A stretch of 56,304 bases of DNA, the filler included, from Sphacelaria rigidula (lineage: Eukaryota): NCBI GenBank assembly GCA_964200075.2. It is 3 parts of 3 records of this genome, joined end to end, with 100 filler letters (N's around TTAATTAATTAA, not from the genome) between each part and the next. Parts side by side here need not be neighbours in the genome. Positions count along the whole stretch, not along the records: positions 37,607 to 56,304 come from CAXNAA020000810.1; 2 more parts are not named here. The stretch is one strand, 5' to 3'. Positions 50,301 to 56,304 of this stretch are shown piece by piece (positions within the stretch are counted from its first letter, which is position 1; each line of letters starts with the position of its first letter). Made by a program: the position numbers and the translations under genes. The notes under the pieces were generated by a model. It ran no database searches. It saw only the letters and a program-made list of their open reading frames with translations, and was not told the DNA's origin.

Positions 50301-52348
50301 GGTTCATGAAAATCCCCTCCCCCCCCCCCGCCCCCGCCAGCGACATTGTGTTTCTCACAACGCTTAGGTGGACTGCATACGAGTAACTCAATGCCTATGC
50401 ACCTCTAATATGACGTATCGTTTGTGGGCAAATGTCCTGGTTGAAAGCTTTGTAAAGTTCAAACCTGTTTTTTCTACCCCTACTTATTTTACCTGGTATT
50501 GGTATTGTCAGTCATACTATATCGCATTGTTTTGTACTTTTCACTATATTATTTTCGCTCCGTTTTTCTCTGTAGCGTGAATTTCGTTTAAGTGCAATGC
50601 AGCCTTCGGGCGCTCAATCACTGGCTCGATCGGAAAGAGAGATGAAGCCCAAACGTGTTCTTATTTCTTGTTCCTGACCTTCCCCTCCCGACCGGCCGGG
50701 CCTGAGGCCGTTTAGGCTCGGGCTGTGCTCTCGCGTGACGATTGCGCTGCCACACAATGTGTACATCATGATGTGATGGCTTCGCCAAAATTATTGCTAA
50801 TGCATTGACGTATGGATGAAACGAATTCCCATTTTTTTCGTTCTGACGAAAAGGACCAACGCACAGCCCTCCAAATGTAGAAGACTTCCCACTCTTCACG
50901 TGCAGGAAGCTCTCACATAACTGTCAAAAGATCGAGCAAAACGTCTCATACTTGATCATCCTTCATACCCTGGACAAAAGAATACACGGTCGAAAAATGT
51001 ACTGCGTACAGTATGGAATCTATTGTCTACAGCTCCTTGAACCGGGCAGAAAGAGTAAACATCCCATGTAATCGTATTTTAAGTGCAAGTACTGGAATTT
51101 ATCCGTACATAAGTTGGTATCATTTCACACGTAGTTCTGTAAGTATCTACGGTGGTGCGTGCCGAGAACCATGACTAGTACACATGCTACAAGTATTGGC
51201 CGTAGCGCGTCGAGACTACCATTTGCCGTGATTGCCCTGGGAGTAGTTGCATGCACGCGTTCGTCCATAGATAGTCGCCGCTTGACAGTCCCTTGGCGAC
51301 CTTCATACCACTGGCTGAGATTGGTACTTGGAAAGCAAACCGGGCTGATCAACCGTCCATGTCCAGCCAGCAAACCCACCATTCTCTATGAAACCCGCAG
51401 GACTTACTGTCAGTGGAAAAGAAAAATCGGAATGCCTCAGAACTGCACGTGACAATCCATGCATCCATCCATCGCCAACCTCGGCTGTTGTTTGATTATA
51501 TTCGCGGTTGGACTACTGTACTGTGTAAATGTTTCCTTGTCCCAGAGCACGTAGAGACTTGCTTCCCCCCCCCCCCCCCCCCCCCACCTGGCTTATTCCA
51601 ATCTCCAGCCAGCACATCACCGCTCACACCCCCCCCCCCCCCCCCCCCATGTGTTTTTGTCCACAGAAAAGATGATTAGTACGCCCCCCCCCCCCCCCCC
51701 CCCCCCGCGCCCCCTTTTTTCATTGCGGACAGGGCAGCCTAGACTACCACCCCGTACACACTGTTTTGTCGACCACCCTTGCTCTTAGGCCTCGCGACGG
51801 CACGCATAATCTGGTCGCCCAGTCCCTCGTGTAGCGACGCTCACGGAATCAATTTTTATTTTCTTGCCACGTACCCTGTGAACCCGGCATTCCGGCAAAG
51901 CCGTAGGGCGAAGGGAGGCAGAGGCGAGCCCTTGCGATCAGAAGGGCCGCAAAACGTTGCATCCGGGAAGCCGCTGAGCGAGTGCACACCTACCGCGCTA
52001 CCGATCACTATTATAGGAAAGCGGTTTGAGGTAGAAGGCCAAGTATCTCACATCGCCCTGAGAAAAAATCATCCCTTGGGACCTGGGGGGGTAACCACAC
52101 GGAGATCAAAAGCCGAGGGGTGGACGGAGAGGACTGGCAGTCTGGAAGGCGTGTGACGGAAGGAGACGAAACAAGGAAATAGCGCCAGCATTCACCTGTG
52201 TCGCGGTCCACTACGTCATTATCCACGAGTCACGAAGAAGTTCAAAAACCACGCATACGTGACCGACTCCCTTCGTTGAGAACCGGAGAAGGGATAAGTG
52301 AGTTGAAACGTGAATATACTTGAGGCCGAGACGGGTGGGAGGTGAAAT

Positions 52349-53213
52349 ATGTCGATCCGGCTGAGGCAGCTAATCCGGCAGGTGCGGGCGTGCAAGACTG
52401 CGGCGGAGGAACGAGCCGTCATAGCTAAAGAGGGCGCCCTGATTCGCACGTCCTTCAAGGAGGGCAATGACTCGTGTAGGGCACGGAATATTGCCAAACT
52501 ACTCTACATGCACATGCTGGGTGAGTAGGCAAGGAGGCGGGGCGAGGAAGGGGCAGGTGGGGGCGTCAATTTTCGTTTCGAAGCGGGAGATTGACTTGTA
52601 CGATAGCAAAGTCTGGAGATTTTCAAGTGCCCTCATCAGCCTACGAGCAGCGTGCTCGTTACGAGTCCCCTGCTGCCCTCGGTTGTCTCTTGTAGCTGCG
52701 ATAATCATTTGGGCGACGGGGTGTGTCGTATGTCCACATGTCCGGGCCTCTTGCACCCGCGGAAACGAGGTGCAGTTGGGCATTGGCTAGTACGCTTCCT
52801 CGGCGGCAGGTGCATCCTTTTTTGTTTGTTACAATTTGACACACCCTGGACAATATTTGGTCAATAGATGCAATGGACCAAAAGTGAACTGGGTAAAGTA
52901 TATACCTGTTGCTACTACTGTCGGTCAATAGCTGCAATAGGCCTGTACTTTACCCAGTACATTTTTGTCTGTTGCATCTATTGACCATATATTTTCCGGG
53001 ATGTGCAATTTACAACGATATATCGTGATTCACTGTTGTGACGTTTTGGTTACTGCTGATATTTGTTTCTTCCCCGCGCGGGGGCGGGGGGGAGCAGGGT
53101 ATCCATCCCACTTCGGACAGATGGAGTGCATCAAGCTTATCGCCAGTCCGAGCTTTCCCGACAAGAGGGTGGGATATCTAGCTCTCATGTTACTTTTGCA
53201 GGAGAAGGATGAG
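52349..53213 (+). CDS. AP1G1: AP-1 adaptor complex gamma subunit (gamma-adaptin), first two coding exons; no further exon identified in the window
   Basis: Exon 52349-52520 [57 protein letters not shown] plus exon 53098-53213 [39 protein letters not shown]. This is the characteristic gamma-adaptin N-terminus; the phase-1 GT-AG junction is consistent. Confidence 0.93.
52833..53011. mobile_element. Hairpin MITE-like element in intron 1 of gamma-adaptin
   Basis: tggtcaatagatgcaa...actgggtaaagta pairs with tactttacccagt...ttgcatctattgacca. Confidence 0.8.
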
Positions 53214-53814
53214 GTGAGTGCATCCAAGATTATCATCTTGTTGTTTTCAGTTTTGATTGGGACCAGTGATTGCAAACGTGTTTCCTAGTGGGCGGCGCTT
53301 CATTTCGGGCCCTGGGGTAGTGGAAGGGAGCAGCATTTGATTGTGTGCTCAGGAGCGAGCGACCTGAGCGAACACGGGCATTGGCCAGGAAGAGGTACAT
53401 GTACCTTTTACGAAGTGCTTTTCATTTCACGTTTGTTTGATTGTTTTAGGGGCATACAACGTTCGGCGATACTCTTTTTTTAATTTTGTAGGGCGCAATA
53501 AGATGCGGCTTTGACTCGATGTTGCGTTGTTACTTCTCTGCGCCGAGTAGAAGCAGCGCTGCTTGCTTTGCTGCTTCCTTTGTTTTACACATGCAACGCG
53601 GAAAAAGTGACATGAAACCAAGAGGAGTGGTGCTCAACCACGCCTTGGAGGTCTCGGGTGCTCCATGAGAACACACCCAGCTGTCCTGCACCCCAGAGCG
53701 GTCCGGAAGGTGAGATTTGTTCGTCTCTCCTTTCCTCAGGCGTCAGTAAAATTACTGTTCATCATGTTGCCGATTCTTGCTCCACACCTTCCAGAGATGA
53801 GGGAGTGCGTTAGA

Positions 53815-54877
53815 CAATCTTTTACGGCAGTCACCAATCTCGATTTTCTCGAGCATCGGGGGACAAAAATATCGGGGAATACATTTTATGGACCCCGATC
53901 TGGGCCAAACGGTGCACCGTGAGGAATTGCCGTGGTTTGTGCGATTTGCCCCACTGAGGGGGACAAACGGTTCCGTGAAAAAATCCATGCGATGGATATC
54001 CGCTCCGTGACAATCTGTGATTTTTCCCACTGGTGGATATCCGCTCCGCTCCGCGATATAATCAAGGCCGGACATCCGCTTCGCAATAATCCATGATATT
54101 TTCAACGGCGGATATCCGCTCCGTCATGATCCGTATTTTTTCACACAGTCGGGTATCCGCTCCGTGAGGTTTCGAAAACAAAATCGGCAACGCGGAGCGG
54201 ATTGTCCTCCGTACACATCCCTGAAAAATCGGGGGAAAGATGAGGTCCACCCGATTTTGAGGAGGTGACGTTCGTGCATTGACGCACAACGGTGGGGTGT
54301 TTGATATTTTTGCAACCGCAGCAGAAGATATTCTCGTCACAACGCAGGGCGTGCCTGCCTGCACCAACTGCTGAAGCAGCTTCGCAGGGGGTTTGACAAG
54401 CGGATAATAAGTGTTAACGCCGTACCCGCCGGCGATTGTAATATTTCACGCTGCAGTGCGCTGCCATATGTATCACTAAAACGAACGGTACTGTACTACA
54501 GTACCCTAGTCTGTTGTCGCTGTAGTTGCAGGGTGGTGTATGGCACTGCACCGGTGAACTCTTCTCGCGCACTGTTTCTTCACTGTTCTCGCAACACCGA
54601 CTGTTCCATCATGGATTACCACACGGCATTATCATGTACTGTAATGATGGAGTGTCCTGCTTTGTATCACCCCAGGGTACCACGGTACGACACTGCACTA
54701 GAAGGATTATTCACCGCCTGACTGCTCCTCGGCTTCATGCACGAGTACGCGATACCATACTCGTGCAGAAAGTGGCAGTGTACAGAACTGTTTCACAAAT
54801 CTGTGATACCATAAAACGGTCCCCCCGATTTTGAACGGAGTCTCAAAAAAATCGAGATTCGTTGCCGTAAAAGATGG
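53815..54877. mobile_element. Non-autonomous TIR element (possibly Tc1/mariner-like) downstream of gamma-adaptin exon 2, presumably in intron 2
   Basis: Ends caatcttttacggca...aatctcgatttt and aaaatcgagatt...tgccgtaaaagatgg; right flank TA, left flank GA; internal repeated gatatccgctccg motif. Confidence 0.6.
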
Positions 54878-56304
54878 TATTATCGTCGTGGTGATACATT
54901 GAAAGTTTGAACAGTGTACACAAAAGGGCCAGTGTTCAAGATGCAGATGCTGTCTGCGATTACCTTCAATGGCAGGCGGCACAACGAGCGCGAGTAGTGC
55001 GCTGACGACGGAAGTAGACATCAATCAACAAATGTTTTAAATCCCGTACTATAGCCATTAACTATGATATTAAGGGCGTACCCCCGCCGCCGCCCCCGCC
55101 CCCCCACATTGGGGTACCCCTTCACGCCGATGTTGTTATTATTGTGTTCGTCACATTAGCGCGATTTCTGGGACCCGCGGTCACAGAGTGCTAGGAGCAT
55201 ACCACCCACACCCATAACTCAAACAGCCCGCAGAGGAAGGCGAGAAACAAATAATCTACACGAAAAAGGGCACCTACACTACGAAAGATCCGTATGAGAC
55301 CGATTGAGCTACGGGAACTGATCCTCTACAGAGCCTGCGCACCGGAGACTGAACAACATCAGATAGAAAGATGCAAAAAAAACGAGCCCATGGCAACGAG
55401 GAGGGAAAGCGAGGAACTGCGATCTCCCTCGGGTTCTGGTCAAGTACCACCGTCATGGAAACACAACAGACAGGACGCGTCTAGCCTACACGGCATAGCG
55501 TTATCAGCAAAAAACAGAATCTGTTGAGTGTCCACTATTCAAGCGTGAAAAAAACATGGGATACCATCTGTATATAGTATCCACGACCAACAACTATGTC
55601 AAAAACGCAACAGAAAAATAATAACCCGCCCTGAACATTAGCCGCCTGCTCTGCTCTTCTCCGTTGCAAGGTCCTCGTCAAAGGTGACCTCCTGACGCTC
55701 CCATCTGTCCTCACCAACGTCCATGGCCAACCCAACCGCCTATCCACGCCAGTGTCCATGATTCCAAACAGCGCCCCCTACGCTTTTCGTGAAGAAACAC
55801 TTCCTCCTTCGTTATGCCCTCTGGTTCTGGTCTGTAGTAAGTGTCTCGTCCAGGAGGCTCAACCAGATCTAACCGATCCGTCGACGACGACCGCTTCTCC
55901 TCCACCCTTGTCGACGAAACTAGTCTACACACCGGCGCACGCTTCTTTGTATCAAGAGTGCGCGTGCCAGCTTTCGACAGCGGTATCACCTGCCTCCGCG
56001 CACACACCGAATGCCAACATCCCCGCACTCAGGGTGTTGGCATATTATACCGCTGCATTACTGCAGGAGTGGGTATGTCTGATAATTCTATGCTTATCCT
56101 AAAATCGATAGGGTGAAAAATGGCCTATAGTCGGCGGGGGCCCTCGGTACTGTACTCCCCATGGCCATCCAATGTGTTATTTGAGGAGCATCCCTCTCAA
56201 ATCTGGAGTACCCCCACCTTCCTGTCCTGAAATTGGCGGGGGGGGGGGGGGGGGGGCTCTTCTGTCCGGTCTCCCTGCTTGGCTGCGCCTCTCCCCCCCC
56301 TCTT

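Overview
Eukaryotic, intron-rich genomic scaffold; gene content, intron style and repeat landscape suggest a photosynthetic stramenopile, most likely a brown alga (inference). Two N-gaps carry an artificial TTAATTAATTAA linker, so three contigs are joined here. Five spliced genes can be reconstructed by hand with consistent GT-AG phases: (1) the last exon of a chalcone-isomerase-fold protein (+); (2) a 5'-incomplete UBL/BAG6-like protein with an inserted Tudor/MBT-like domain (-); (3) an 8-exon ~1068-aa protein with a helical N-terminal domain, a C4 zinc ribbon and a TAZ zinc finger (-); (4) a 6-exon, ~470-aa, highly divergent three-helix light-harvesting (LHC/FCP-like) protein with a plastid-targeting presequence and a long N-terminal extension (+); (5) the first two exons of AP-1 gamma-adaptin (+). 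Introns and intergenic DNA are dense with non-autonomous transposons. The clearest case is a multi-layer nested insertion at 12.2-17.0 kb (piggyBac-like, hAT-like with intact 8-bp TSDs, and a tRNA-derived SINE). Most ORFs in the six-frame track are spurious.
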